From positions 2,170,001-2,234,000 of the forward strand of contig CAKKNE010000003.1 in NCBI GenBank assembly GCA_918797485.1: a stretch of DNA of 64,000 bases. The letters are read 5' to 3'. The notes beneath the pieces were generated by a model. It made no database searches, was not told the origin of the DNA, and worked only from the letters and a program-made list of their open reading frames with translations. Position 1 is the stretch's first letter, and every line of letters starts with the position of its first letter. Below, piece after piece: positions 31,847 through 42,772 of the stretch. Source of the DNA: Pelagomonas calceolata (taxonomy: Eukaryota). The position numbers were made by a program, and so were the translations under genes.

Positions 31847-33061
31847 ATGGCCAGAGCACTGGTGCTATTAGTCAGCACAGCCAGCGCTCTCAGTCTTAGC
31901 AGTCTGCAAGGCGTCGACGCTCCGAAATTGAAAATAGGCGACAACGCGCTAGGCGTCCGCGGCCTCATCGCGACCGACACCATAAAACAAGGCGAACAGC
32001 TCATCGCGGCGCCTAGAGCATCCGCTCTAGAGACCACGAGCCTCGAGGCAAAAAACGCCCCCCGCGAACTGAAACGCGCGGGCTATTGTGATGATGCAAG
32101 ATGGCAGCAAGCGGGCTGGCAGGGGCGCCTCGCGCTGCGGCTGCTGAAGGCGCGCAAGGACGAAGCGGAACTAAGCGGCTGGTTCGCCGCGCTGCCCGCG
32201 TCGTACGACGAGCTCCCGGTCGTCAGTTGGACCGACGCCGACCTGAACGACTGCGCGTACGCCCCCTTAAGGGAGGTCGTATCAGAGCAGAAGAAGCGTT
32301 GGAAGAAGGCCGAGGACGCGCTCTTACCTTCGAGTTCTTTCACGCAGAAGGATTTGCGGTGGGCGCTCGCGACGGTGCTGACGCGGTCGTTCAGCGGGCC
32401 GCTGGAGGCGTCGTCGCCGACGCAGCGGCTGGCGACGGTGGGCTTCGCGGCGTGGTTGGCTGGTGGGTATGTGGTCGGTGGCTACGGGCCCTGGGAGACG
32501 GCCCTCCAGGGGTTCCTCGCCGTCGCCCTCGCGACGCTGCTGAGCGACTACTTCGTCGCGAAGAACGACGATTTGAATCTAGAAAGGCACGTGTTGGCGC
32601 CGGGCGTGGACTTTCTGAACCACGCGGGCGTCGTCGAGGGCGGCGCGTCCTACGAGTACTTCGGGGACCAGTTCGCCGTGCGCGCGCACGACGATTTGCG
32701 ACAGGGCGACGAGGCCTTCGCGTCCTACGGTGCGAAATCCAACGCCTTGCTGCTGGCGAATTATGGGTTTGTGGAGAAAGACAACCCGCATGACGACTAC
32801 GTGTTCCCGGCGCAGTACCCGTTCCCTCCGTTACGGGGCGCGCGCGTGACGCGGACGGGCTTCGACGAGACCGTGGCGAAGGCTGCCGTGAGCTACAGTG
32901 GGAGTCAGGAAGCAGCGCGCGAGAACCTCGCGAAGGCGTGTCGCTCGCAGGCCGCCGCGCTGGAAAGCGCGGAGGGGCCCCTCGCGGAATTATCAAGGGA
33001 GCACGCGAAGGTGTTGTCCGCGCTAGCTGTTGTGACGGAGGCGAGCGGGGGGGGGCTGTAG
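31847..33061 (+). CDS. SET-domain lysine methyltransferase, Rubisco-LSMT/SETD3-like, probably plastid-targeted
   Basis: GVRGLIAT, LAPGVDFLNH, SYGAKSNALLLANYGFV..NPHD. Confidence 0.9.
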   Translation: MARALVLLVSTASALSLSSLQGVDAPKLKIGDNALGVRGLIATDTIKQGEQLIAAPRASALETTSLEAKNAPRELKRAGYCDDARWQQAGWQGRLALRLLKARKDEAELSGWFAALPASYDELPVVSWTDADLNDCAYAPLREVVSEQKKRWKKAEDALLPSSSFTQKDLRWALATVLTRSFSGPLEASSPTQRLATVGFAAWLAGGYVVGGYGPWETALQGFLAVALATLLSDYFVAKNDDLNLERHVLAPGVDFLNHAGVVEGGASYEYFGDQFAVRAHDDLRQGDEAFASYGAKSNALLLANYGFVEKDNPHDDYVFPAQYPFPPLRGARVTRTGFDETVAKAAVSYSGSQEAARENLAKACRSQAAALESAEGPLAELSREHAKVLSALAVVTEASGGGL

Positions 33062-33260
33062 TAGTCTTGGGTAGGGATTGCTCTAGAGATATCTCTACAT
33101 CCTTATGGATATGCATTAGGGGATAAACTTGAGCGCGTAGGCCGCGACGTCAGTCTTTCCCTCGTCGACGAGCCGGAACAGGCTGAGGGATCTCAAGTTC
33201 CCGCCCGGGGTGTAACGGACTCTTCTAGAATCAGAGCCAGTATCTCTAGTGCTCGATTGA

Positions 33261-33282
33261 GCTAGCGCAGTAACACACTAGC
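33261..33282. promoter_or_regulatory. GCTAG-motif copy (reverse orientation)
   Basis: GCTAGCGCAGTAACACACTAGC, about 300 bp upstream of ATG 33584(+). Confidence 0.55.
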
Positions 33283-33583
33283 ACAAGCCCAGGGATAAAC
33301 AAGCTCCGCGAAGCCAAAGCGCTGCAGTGTTGACGCGCTGAGGGCGTGTGCTGCCGCTAGAGTTTGCCGTCAATAGCGCTGACCACCTGCCGAATTGTTT
33401 CCTTGCGAAACCCAGCGCTGCTCCGTTTTTGAGCAGAGAAGGCCGAGCCAGGATATCGGCGCTAAAGCAACGCGCCGCCCCCAAAAAGCGACGCGGGAGG
33501 CCCGAACACAAACCAGCGCGCTACGCGGCGCCGTCGCCGAAAGCGCGGCAGAGAAACCGCCATAAAAAAAATAACCGGCCACG

Positions 33584-36455
33584 ATGGGTCTCCTCAACGC
33601 CGCGAGCTGGCTCAAAGGCACCATCGACGGCTGGCTCGACACGATAGAATCCCTCGACCCGTCCAAGAACCTGAAGGGCGTCGGGAAAGTAGCCGGCACG
33701 CTCAACAAGTTCAACCCGCTGCACCACCTCACGAAGACGCACGACGGCGAGAAGTATCAGGACCTGCGACCCTCCGAGGTCTTCGAGGATGTCTTGGTCG
33801 ATGCGCGGTTCCGGCCGGGCGCGCCCGTCGGGACCGTCGAGGTCGAAGTGATCTGTGCGGGCGGCTGGACTTCCGTTGGTGTGGGCGACGCCTTCTCAGC
33901 GGAGGACTGCTACGCTCTCGTAGTGCTGGACGGCGGCGTGGGCATCACCTCAATAAAAGACAACGCCAAGGTGCCGGCCTGGTCCGCGGACGAGCGCCGA
34001 GCTTTCAGATTCAGGATTGTCGATCCGGCGGCTACACTATATGTAGCGATCTTTGATGACGACCCTAACCCCTTACAATCCGACGATCCCATCGGCCGGT
34101 GCGCCGTCGGGCTGCGCAGTTTAGCGCCGAACGCGGCCTACGACGCGTGGTTTCCTTTAGTGTTTGCGGCGACCGAAGGCGAAGCTCTAGCTAATGCTGG
34201 AAGAGCATTGGTGGCAGATGAGCCGCTCGCGACGGCGGCGACGAACGCGGCGGGCAAGCACACGCAGAAGGACTCGCGCGGGGCCGTTAGATTACGAGTG
34301 AAGGTCACCTGGGACGACGGCGGCATGACGATGGCGAAGAGCGCGCTGACCGACCTGCTGGGCGAGGCCAAGCCCCAGTACGTGACGTTCCCGGCCACGA
34401 AGGGCGGCAAGGCCCTGCGCGAGAACGTCAGGTTTGCCATGTACGGCGAGGGCGCTTGTCCTCACGATGCGGTCAACGAGCCGTTCTCGATAGGGCGCGT
34501 GTCCGATCATGCTCATGAGTTGGTGGATGTCTTGCTAGGAGCCGTCTCGGGCCTCAAAGACCGCATCGTCGCACTAGTGATGTACCGCAACCCCGTGAGA
34601 TCTCTCGTAGCCCTCGTCGCGTGGCTCACGTCCGTCAGCAACGGCGCGCGCGCGGTGGCGTGGTTGTGGCTCATCGCGGCTCTGGATTTGCGGGACACGC
34701 TAGCCGGCGTGAGAGAAGACGACAAGGCGAAACAAGGCCACAACATCGTGCCTCGCGTCGCCCGGCCCCAGTTCCCGATGCTCGCCTGGGCCAAGGCCAT
34801 CGCGACGGGCACCAAGGCCGTCCAGCACCCGACGTCCGACGAGGAGTTCCAGGCCGCCAAAAAATCAGCGCGCGGCGACGCCGAGTCCGTCGCGATCGAG
34901 CTGATGCTCGAGGAGTGGCGCGCCTCCGGTAAAGTGAAAGTCGTGGAAGAGGAGGACGAGGAGGAGGACGTCGTCGACGAGGACGACTACAAGTCGAAGA
35001 AGCGCGACGCGGCGTCCTCGATTGATCTGCTCGACGGCGTATGGGGCGCCCTCTGAGAGTCACGTCCACCTCCACGCCATCGACGCGACGTCTGCTCACG
35101 CCGTCCGCGCGACGCGCTGATCGACGTCCTACGCAGGCCCATGAAACGCTTCCGCTCCATTCACATCCTCAAACCTTTCTTAGAACCTGTCCAGAGACTG
35201 CTGCTGGGTCTGCTGTTGCCTTTGAGGGCGCTGAACGCCTTGGCGACTGGTAGGGCCGATCCCGTGGCCACGGCTACTTTGGCGGCCGCTTGTTTGGCGA
35301 TCGGTCTCGGCACGATGTTCTATGCGCATTTCATTCATTCGTATGTGATGTGGTTGCTGGGGTGGTTCTTCACAATCCTACTATACATCATCGGCGTCGC
35401 TCTATTTGGGCCTCAGAATTATTTCCTCGTCAAAGCGCATGTGAAAAAGAAGCGGGAGCGCCAGCGCCTGCGCGCTCTCGCGGGCTTCGATCCCAACGGC
35501 CACGCGGCGCTGCAGATCCAGGACTTTTACCGTGCGATTCCCGCGTCCGCGATTCCTTGTCCGACGCTGTCGACGCGACACTGTGCGACGCAGGCAAGTA
35601 TACCAAGAAGCTCAAGAACCTAGCTGCAGAGGCGAAGAAGCGCGCCCACGACGAGAAGTTGGCCGAGAAGAACAGAATCGCGGAAGAAGCGAAGGCGAAA
35701 GCTGAACAAGAAAAATTATTCCAGGAGGCGCAAGCCCGGAGGGCTGCCGTCGCGAAAGCCGATAGAGCCCACTTACAGGCGTTACACGCGCGCCAGGAGG
35801 ACAAGGCGCTAGGTCCCATCAAGGCCAAGAAGAACAGCCACGCTTTGTCCCGATCTGCGTGGAAATCAAGCAGTGAGTTAGGTTGATGTCGCGTCGATGG
35901 CGTAGGCCGGCTGAAATTTGATTTCCACGCAGGTCCCGGCACACCGTCAAGTATCTACGTATCTCAGAGGACAACCGGACCTTCATCTACGAAGATCCTC
36001 CGAACAAGGGGGGCTTCGGCAGCCACGAGTCGAAGTCCGTGCATCTCAAGAACGTGACGAGCGTCGCGCCCTACGATGCGTCCAAGCCGCAGATGTTGAA
36101 ATTTAAGGCGGGCCACAAGGAGTACGAGTTCAATTGTGAGTCGCAGCACGAGCGCACGTTACTAGCCTTGGGGCTGCGCGCTGCGACCGCGCGACTCGCG
36201 AAGCACCCGTCGATGGTCGGCAAGGGCGGCCTGCTGCGCCTCGCCGTGCCCGCCAAGCCCTTAGGGTTCCTCAACGCGGCGCTGACGGAGCGCAACGTGG
36301 CGTTCCCCGAGCCCTTCCGCAGCCGCATCCTCCCGGAGAGCAAGGAGCTCGTTGCGCAGGAGGAGTCCACGAGGGGCGCCACGGGCGCGCCGCCGGCCCC
36401 CGACGCCGGGGACGCGTCGCCGGCGGGCACGCCCTGCACGTGCGAGGTCGCCTGA
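33584..36455 (+). CDS. C2-domain + transmembrane (MCTP-like) protein with C-terminal PH-like region; introns ~35030-35136 (donor uncertain), 35532-35593, 35847-35932
   Basis: C2 motif LYVAIFDDD...DDPIGR; PRT-C-like LEPVQ...LRALNAL...DP; the last two introns restore the frame. Confidence 0.72.
35855..35932. mobile_element. Introner #9
   Basis: TIRs CTGCGTGGAAATCAA/TTGATTTCCACGCAG; TSD GTCCCGAT/GTCCCGGC (6/8). Confidence 0.93.
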
Positions 36456-36844
36456 GCGCTCCCCACAAGAATTCGAAGACGAGACGAGCCCGCCACCCGC
36501 GGCGCCGGCGAGGGGCTCTGTGCTAATGATGTCAAAAACAGACTCTGGTCACTGGCATGGTTGCCTGGTAATTGTTACGGTGCTAGAACTAGTGGGCGGA
36601 GCCCCTGGGGGGAGACACCGCGCGTCGCCGATTCATCGGTTGCCTACTACTACTAGTAGTACTTACTACCTAGTAGTGCTAGTATAGGGGTATTTTAAAC
36701 GCGCACCGGGAACTATAACTGCGGGCACCAGCAACGGAACTATTACACCGAAGATAGGAACCGGTATTATATTTGTGGTCGACCGACTTGACGATTTTTA
36801 AAATATCCCGCAAGCTGCGCGAGCCGGCTAGATGTCAAAAACAA

Positions 36845-37816
36845 TTAAACTCGTGTTAGGCGCAAATTGTGCGAGTACATCACCAGCGGTTTGTCGAAAG
36901 CTTCTTCAAAACCAAAGCCGCCGGGGACCGCGTACACGGCCGTCAACACATTACATCGCGCGCCGTCGCCGTCGCGCCGCCAGGTCCAGAAGTGCTGGTA
37001 CTCGCCGATGACCACGCGCGGCGTCGTTGGGTTCTGCAACGTCGGTGGACCCATCGTCATCTGTCTGATGCTCTCAGAATTCAGGAAGATGTCGCCCTCA
37101 AGCGCCTCCGAGCGCCGCGAGTTGACGAAGATCTCGATGCGCTCGCCGTTGCGCCCGCCTTCCTTCAGAGACATCGTCATCCTGTTGGGATTTGCCGCAT
37201 CCCACGCGACATTTTTAACCAGGTCGGGCTTATCGACGTGGGCAGCCAAGGCATTCGCGACGTTATTGCCGTAGTCCTCGATGACCTTGCCGCCGCGTCT
37301 GACGAAGTTTAGATCGAATTCCGTCTTTTCGCGGCCCACGTCGCCGAAGCGTGCGATTGAGAGTTTGGTAAAGCCTGGCAAGTCCGTCTCGGCGACGACG
37401 CGCTGCTTCGATATCTTCTCATTCGGGAACTGGAAGCCCTGGAAGGTGGCGCTGCAGCGCCATCGTCCTTCCAACCAGTCCGGGAACGTAGTAGGCCCCG
37501 GTGGCACATTGTAGAACGGTTTCGTCAACCTGTTCGCGTCGCGTGCTGCCAGAGCGTCGCGCAGCGACTCCGCCGCCGACGCCGGCGCCGCGCAGAATGC
37601 GGCGAGTGCGAGGAGGCCACGCCTCGGCAGCGCGTGCTGGACATCATCGCCAGCGGTATTCCGGCGATGCGTAGACGTCGTTTGGCCATCGCTGCGACGC
37701 GTTACGTGCGGCTGCACGCCAGCGTGGTGCTGTGCAAGTTGTGAAACGCGCGCAGTTGGCGGCGACAGGGCCGCAGCGATGGAGAGCCAGCACAATGCGA
37801 CACGTTGATGAGTCAT
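36845..37816 (-). CDS. Probable plastid/thylakoid-lumen protein (DUF6816-like)
   Basis: Signal peptide, RRGLLALAA twin-Arg-like lumen signal, FPDWLEGRW. Confidence 0.65.
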   Translation of the reverse strand: MTHQRVALCWLSIAAALSPPTARVSQLAQHHAGVQPHVTRRSDGQTTSTHRRNTAGDDVQHALPRRGLLALAAFCAAPASAAESLRDALAARDANRLTKPFYNVPPGPTTFPDWLEGRWRCSATFQGFQFPNEKISKQRVVAETDLPGFTKLSIARFGDVGREKTEFDLNFVRRGGKVIEDYGNNVANALAAHVDKPDLVKNVAWDAANPNRMTMSLKEGGRNGERIEIFVNSRRSEALEGDIFLNSESIRQMTMGPPTLQNPTTPRVVIGEYQHFWTWRRDGDGARCNVLTAVYAVPGGFGFEEAFDKPLVMYSHNLRLTRV

Positions 37817-37952
37817 GCTAGCTCTCGCTGCTCATTGGTCTGAATTAGCAGACGTTTTTTACGGAGAGCAAAAAACAGGGGGATGCAGCCTGATCGCAAA
37901 GGCTGAGGCCAAACGCGTCAAAAATCAGGCCAGTATCGCTGCTGCGGACAAA

Positions 37953-38084
37953 ATGGGTCTCAAATTCAACTTCAAACGCATCCCCTTGCACTGGAGACTG
38001 CTCATAGGGGTACAGTTTGGGCTAAGTGGCGCCATCTTGGCCTACCGGCAACGCGTGCTCAAGGCCAAGCAGCAGCAAGAATGA
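37953..38084 (+). CDS. Putative 43-aa single-TM microprotein
   Basis: CAAAATGG start context; MGLKFNFKRIPLHWRLLIGVQFGLSGAILAYRQRVLKAKQQQE; its TGA overlaps the next ATG. Confidence 0.5.
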   Translation: MGLKFNFKRIPLHWRLLIGVQFGLSGAILAYRQRVLKAKQQQE

Positions 38085-39172
38085 ACGTGGAGGACGCAAT
38101 AACCTTCGCCAGGCAAGACGCTGCGAACGCGTCGGACGCGTACGAGGCCGCCGCGCACGCGCGCGCGGCCGTCGCGGCGATGCCGGACAAGCAAAGAGCG
38201 CTGCGCCACGCGCGCGCGGCCTGCGCGGCGGCCCTCGGCCCGCTGCGGTCCGTCGCGGCCTGGGACGCGGCGACGTACTGGGACAACGTGCCCGAGGGCT
38301 TCCAGGCCGCGCACGCGGCCGCGGCCGTGCTCTGGGCGGCGCTCGACGACTGCGCCGGCGCGCGTTTGCATGTTGACGTGGCCACGATCTGCGCGTCGTC
38401 GGCGCGTCGTTCCGGGCCCGCGCGAGAGAAAAGGCTGGCGGCGCTCCGGTCGGTCCGCGGCGCCGGCGGCAATTCCGTAGCGCACGTCGCGCCCTGGAGC
38501 CACGCCAGCGACGTCATCCGGCCTCCGCAAAAGAAGCGGCGGGTGGTGGAGCCGCTGGTCGACTCCATGGAGGTTGTCGCCGCGCGCGCCTTCCGGCCCG
38601 GCCTGGCGCCGAAACGGATCCGTGATGCTCTATGTGATAGCACCCTGTGGCCCTCCGTCGCCGAGCTCGTCAAAGGCTTCGAGGACCGGCACGTGCCGGC
38701 GGAACGAGGCCAGGGCGCGGACCGGCGCCAGGAGGTCGTGACCCTGGGCGCGCTGCGCGACGGCATGCAGGGTGATGCTGATGCGCCCTACGTCGCGCAG
38801 CACCGGCTCTTCGACCAGATTCCTGAGTTACGGGACGGCCTGGGCGCGGCGTTTCTGGGTCTCGCGCCGCGGGACGCCGTGGCGGCGATCTGGGCGGGGC
38901 CGGGCGGGACGGCGACGCCGTGTCACTACGACCCCGTCGACAACGTCGTGGGCCAGTTTTGTGGAAGCAAGCGCTGGCGGCTCTGGCGGCCGTCGAGCGG
39001 CGAGCCGACGGGCCCTCCGGACTACGACGTCGTCGTGGCGCCGGGCGACGCGCTCTTCGTGCCGCGCGGCTGGTGGCACCGCGTCGATTCCTTGCCCTGT
39101 GAGGGCGGCGCCGTGTCCGTGTCGCTGTGGTTCGATGAGTCTGGAGAGCTGCCGGCGTTCTCGAACCGGTAA
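38081..39172 (+). CDS. JmjC/cupin_8 2-oxoglutarate oxygenase (JMJD5/KDM8-like)
   Basis: YVAQHRLFDQIPEL, WAGPGGTATPCHYDP, PGDALFVPRGWWHRV. Confidence 0.9.
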   Translation: MNVEDAITFARQDAANASDAYEAAAHARAAVAAMPDKQRALRHARAACAAALGPLRSVAAWDAATYWDNVPEGFQAAHAAAAVLWAALDDCAGARLHVDVATICASSARRSGPAREKRLAALRSVRGAGGNSVAHVAPWSHASDVIRPPQKKRRVVEPLVDSMEVVAARAFRPGLAPKRIRDALCDSTLWPSVAELVKGFEDRHVPAERGQGADRRQEVVTLGALRDGMQGDADAPYVAQHRLFDQIPELRDGLGAAFLGLAPRDAVAAIWAGPGGTATPCHYDPVDNVVGQFCGSKRWRLWRPSSGEPTGPPDYDVVVAPGDALFVPRGWWHRVDSLPCEGGAVSVSLWFDESGELPAFSNR

Positions 39173-39246
39173 CGTGTGGTTGTTTCGTCACAATAAAATT
39201 CTTAACGAGCGGGGCGGGAAAAATGGTACAGGAGGTGTCGCGGCGC

Positions 39247-40060
39247 CTAGGCCGCCAGCAGCCCCTCGAACGCGCGGAACGCGTGCGTCATGCGGCCCTT
39301 GGACGTCGTGGCGGCGCGGAGGCGCTGGAGATTAAACGCGGCGTCCTCGCGGCCGTGTTCGGCGGCCGCCTGGTACCACATCTTGGCCGCCGCGAGGTCC
39401 GTCGGGAACGCCTTGGCGTAGGAGAAGCGGCCCTCGTAGAGCATGCCCAGATTCGCCATGGCGATCGAAAAGCCGTCTTCCGCGGCCTGCCGCCAGTGCC
39501 CCGCGGCGACGAAGGGGTCCGTCGCGAGGCGGCCCAAGGCGTTCTCGGCCCACGGCGCCCAGGGGCCCTTAGTTTTTGAGAGCGCGTCGAACAGCGCCGC
39601 CGCGCGGGCCTCGTCTCTCGGGCAGCCGTCGCCGTCGGCTAACATGAGTCCTAAATGGACGACGGCCTTGGCGTCGCCGAGCTCGACGGCGCGCTCGTAG
39701 AGCGCGACCGCCCGCGGCGAATCGATCTCGAGGCCGAGGTCGCCGCGGCGGTAGCACGAACCTAACTGGCAGACGGCCGCGGCGCTGTCCTTCGCGGCCC
39801 AGTGCTCGAGCTTCGCGAGCTCGTCGGCCGGCGACATCGGCTCGGCGCGGCAGAACGGGCAGAGGTCCTGCCCACGGATCTCCATCTGCACGTCGCACGC
39901 CTGGCAGATCGTCTTCTGGCTGCGTGGAAATCAACCAGTGAGACGACAACGCGTCGATGGCGTGGGGCGCGAAAGTTGATTTCCACACAGGCGACCACCA
40001 GCAGACCTTGAGGACGCGCATCGACTCCGGGCCCCAGGCCTCGTAGCAGAGCGGGCCTGC
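39247..40060 (-). CDS. RING-finger + Sel1-repeat protein (5' exon not resolved)
   Basis: Spliced PLC...VCCQKTICQAC...CPFCR, followed by Sel1 repeats (LGSCYRRGDLGL, LGMLYEG). Confidence 0.8.
39920..39990. mobile_element. Introner #10 (TSD unrecognisable)
   Basis: Intact TIRs. A GT donor exactly 8 nt outside the TIR (39998, minus strand) restores the frame, but the flanks TCTTCTGG/GCGACCAC do not match. Confidence 0.9.
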
Positions 40061-40546
40061 GACGCGGTGGCGGGTCGTTGGTGCACGTTGGCGCGCGGGG
40101 CGGACGACGCGACCGTCGCGGCGGGGTCGGGTCAGCCCTCTTCTGGCCCGAATCTGTAGCGACAGCGGACGCGCGGCCCCGGGGCGGCACGCGGGTGCAA
40201 CGGGCGCTCGCGGCGTGGCGTGCGCAGTTCCGCGGTCGCGCGCGGACCACGCTTGCCCCGATTTGGGTCGAAGTGGGGCATGGGGTGATTTCGCAGCCCA
40301 TAGGTCGTATGCGTGCGTGCAAAGTGCTGCAGTGGTGTACTGGGGACGCTGGTACACACAGGAGTCATTTTCCAAGTGCGGCATGCTGAATTGGATGCGT
40401 AATGGACTTGGTCTCCGTCGTTTGCGAGAGCGTCGATAATTGTTTTTTAGCAGCCAGCCTGACCCAGCCAGACTGCGACCCAAGACGGGTGCATTCGATG
40501 AATCCGGGCGCGCATGCGGCGTCAAGAACACATAAACTAACCAAGC

Positions 40547-41518
40547 TTAGGCACCATACACCCGAAAGCTCGCCGCGACCTGGCGGAAGAGTGCCTCCCG
40601 GTCGCGCCAGTCCTCCTCGCCGCATAACACCGTGAGCGTGAAGAGCTCGTCGCCGCCGCGCACCGACGCGACAGCTAGGTTATGAAGGATGCGCCCCTCG
40701 ACGCCGTCGCGGCGCTGCGGCAACTGCAGACAGTACTCGAACGCGTAGCTCCCGTCCGCGCGCTCCGTCGCGGCCAATAGAGTCGTTTTTTTGCCGGACT
40801 CGGGCGGCGCTACCGCCGTGTCCAGCAGCCTCTGGGCGAACTCCGTCGGCGTACCCAGGTTTCTCAGCTTCAAACCTGCCATCACCGGCGACCGAAACAC
40901 GCTCAAATTCTCGAACTTGCCGCCGCCGGGCGGCCCGAAGCCCGCCAGAGCCGCGGGCCCCTTTTGTTTTCTAGATCGTAGGAGTGCTTCCGCGTCGACG
41001 GCGCCGGCGCCGGTCCGGGCCTGCATGCGGCTCACGTAGATCGCCTGGTCCGCGAGCCACATCTCGGGGTAGCGGACCTCAAATCCGTACTCGTCGTCGA
41101 TATACCGCTTGAAGTCGCCGATGGGGTAGTACGTGTCCAGCCGCGCGCGCCGGGCCGCGTCCTGCACGCCACCCGGCGCGATTCGTAATAACGTCGACGT
41201 CAGCCGGAAGAGGTCGCCGGCCAGCGCTATAAACAGTCCAAGCAACCCAAAGAGCGCCAGTCGCCGCGGGCTCGTGCCCATGCGCGCCATGTCGCCCTGC
41301 AGCTCGCCGGGCTTGCCGAAGACGTACGTCATCGCGTCGACCTTCTCCTCAGCTGGCGGCTCCGCTGGCGCGTCTGCTGCTGCCTCGGCGGCGTCCGGCG
41401 GCGCCTCGTCGGCAAAGCGTACGTGCCTCTGGCGTCCTAAAGGAGCTCTTTGCAGCGATGGTGGCTGCAAGGCTGCTGCTGCTCTCACAGCTAGGAGAGC
41501 AACCAGGCATACGTGCAT
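40547..41518 (-). CDS. PsbP-domain protein
   Basis: GFEVRYPEMW, ENLSV, LRNLGTPTEFA, YAFEY, LFTLTV..E..W...FRQVAASFRV; signal peptide. Confidence 0.85.
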   Translation of the reverse strand: MHVCLVALLAVRAAAALQPPSLQRAPLGRQRHVRFADEAPPDAAEAAADAPAEPPAEEKVDAMTYVFGKPGELQGDMARMGTSPRRLALFGLLGLFIALAGDLFRLTSTLLRIAPGGVQDAARRARLDTYYPIGDFKRYIDDEYGFEVRYPEMWLADQAIYVSRMQARTGAGAVDAEALLRSRKQKGPAALAGFGPPGGGKFENLSVFRSPVMAGLKLRNLGTPTEFAQRLLDTAVAPPESGKKTTLLAATERADGSYAFEYCLQLPQRRDGVEGRILHNLAVASVRGGDELFTLTVLCGEEDWRDREALFRQVAASFRVYGA

Positions 41519-41693
41519 CGTTGCGCAGCTTGCTCGTTCGCAGTGATGCTTTCGCGATGCGTTTGCGTTGCCAGCGATCGCTGCGGTTGAATTGCAAGCG
41601 GCCAGTGTGGTTTGCCGGCCGCACGCGCAGCCAACTTGCAGCCAAGGCGGGTTTTGTCGACAAAATAGCCACAGAAGGTTAAGTACGAGGCGC

Positions 41694-42188
41694 CTAGAAG
41701 TCGTCGTCCATGGTGAAGGACGGCGCGGCCGCCGCGACGGGCTGGGGCGCGTTCTCCTTGCCCGCGAGCGCCTCGTTGATGCCGTCGGCCGTCGCCTTCA
41801 AAGCGCTGCCGCAGAAGAGCGTCGTGCCGTCGGCCCCGATGATGACGAGGTGCGGCACACTATTAAAACCGAAGGCGGCCTTGGCCTTCTCCTTCGTCTC
41901 CAAATCCATGCCGCCGTGCGTGATGTGGTCCCAGTCGTGCTCATCCACCAGTTCCTGGGCGAAGTCCGGATCATCTAAACATAATGCGGCGAAGACGACC
42001 TTGTCCCCCAAGGCCTCGGCGATCTTGTCGAGCTTGTCCAAACACGCCGGGCAGCGCTCGCACCGCGTCGTCCAGAAGTCGATGATGAGCGGCTTGCCGG
42101 CGCGCAGCTTCGTTAACGATGACGCGGTGCTGTCGTCATCAAAAAGGGTCAGCGGCAGGTCCGGCGCGGCCGCGGCGAGGGCGGACAT
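41694..42188 (-). CDS. Thioredoxin-like (TlpA/redoxin) protein
   Basis: GKPLIIDFWTTRCERCP and FGFNSVPHLVII. Confidence 0.85.
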   Translation of the reverse strand: MSALAAAAPDLPLTLFDDDSTASSLTKLRAGKPLIIDFWTTRCERCPACLDKLDKIAEALGDKVVFAALCLDDPDFAQELVDEHDWDHITHGGMDLETKEKAKAAFGFNSVPHLVIIGADGTTLFCGSALKATADGINEALAGKENAPQPVAAAAPSFTMDDDF

Positions 42189-42772
42189 GGCTCTGGCTGT
42201 GCAAAAAGCGGTGTTACCGGTCGTTTTTCGGCGTCGCTGTTACGAGGCACGCAGTAATTGATCAAAAGCTGTCAGTGAGCAGCGCGTCGCGTTTCAGAGG
42301 CAAAATCTATGCACGATTTGGAGCAGGCTTGTTTGAAACGAGCGGCGGACGCGGGTTTTCTCGCCCAGCCGTCGCGGGCTCGCGGGCGACTCGAAGAGGC
42401 CATGGAGCGCCTCGAGCAGCGCAGCGGCCCCTATCCACCCGACGATGGCCCGTTTCCAGGCTGCCCAGCCAGGCTGCCCCGAGCCATGAAAGAAACGGGA
42501 CGCTCGCCCAGGAGCCGTGCGCGCGAGCCCTCCCGAGGGCCCGGGCGCGGCGCCGAAGGCCCGCAAGGGCACGTCAACTCGGCACCTGCTCTACTAGCCT
42601 CTGCAACGCCGAGGAGAGGCCCAGCGACAAGCCCAGTAAAGACGCGCCAAGCGCGCGACGACTGACTCGGCTGCCCTCCGCCGCCGCAGCGGAGGCCGTG
42701 TCGCAGTGCCCACAGCGCGCTGCCGCGGCACCGGCACGGAAACAGGCGGCGTTACGTCACCAGGAGACCATC

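Noticed and set aside
42119..42772. N-terminal 218 aa of the 896-aa ORF
   Set aside because: It overlaps the divergent thioredoxin gene and promoter and looks non-coding. ATG 42773 is the more plausible start.
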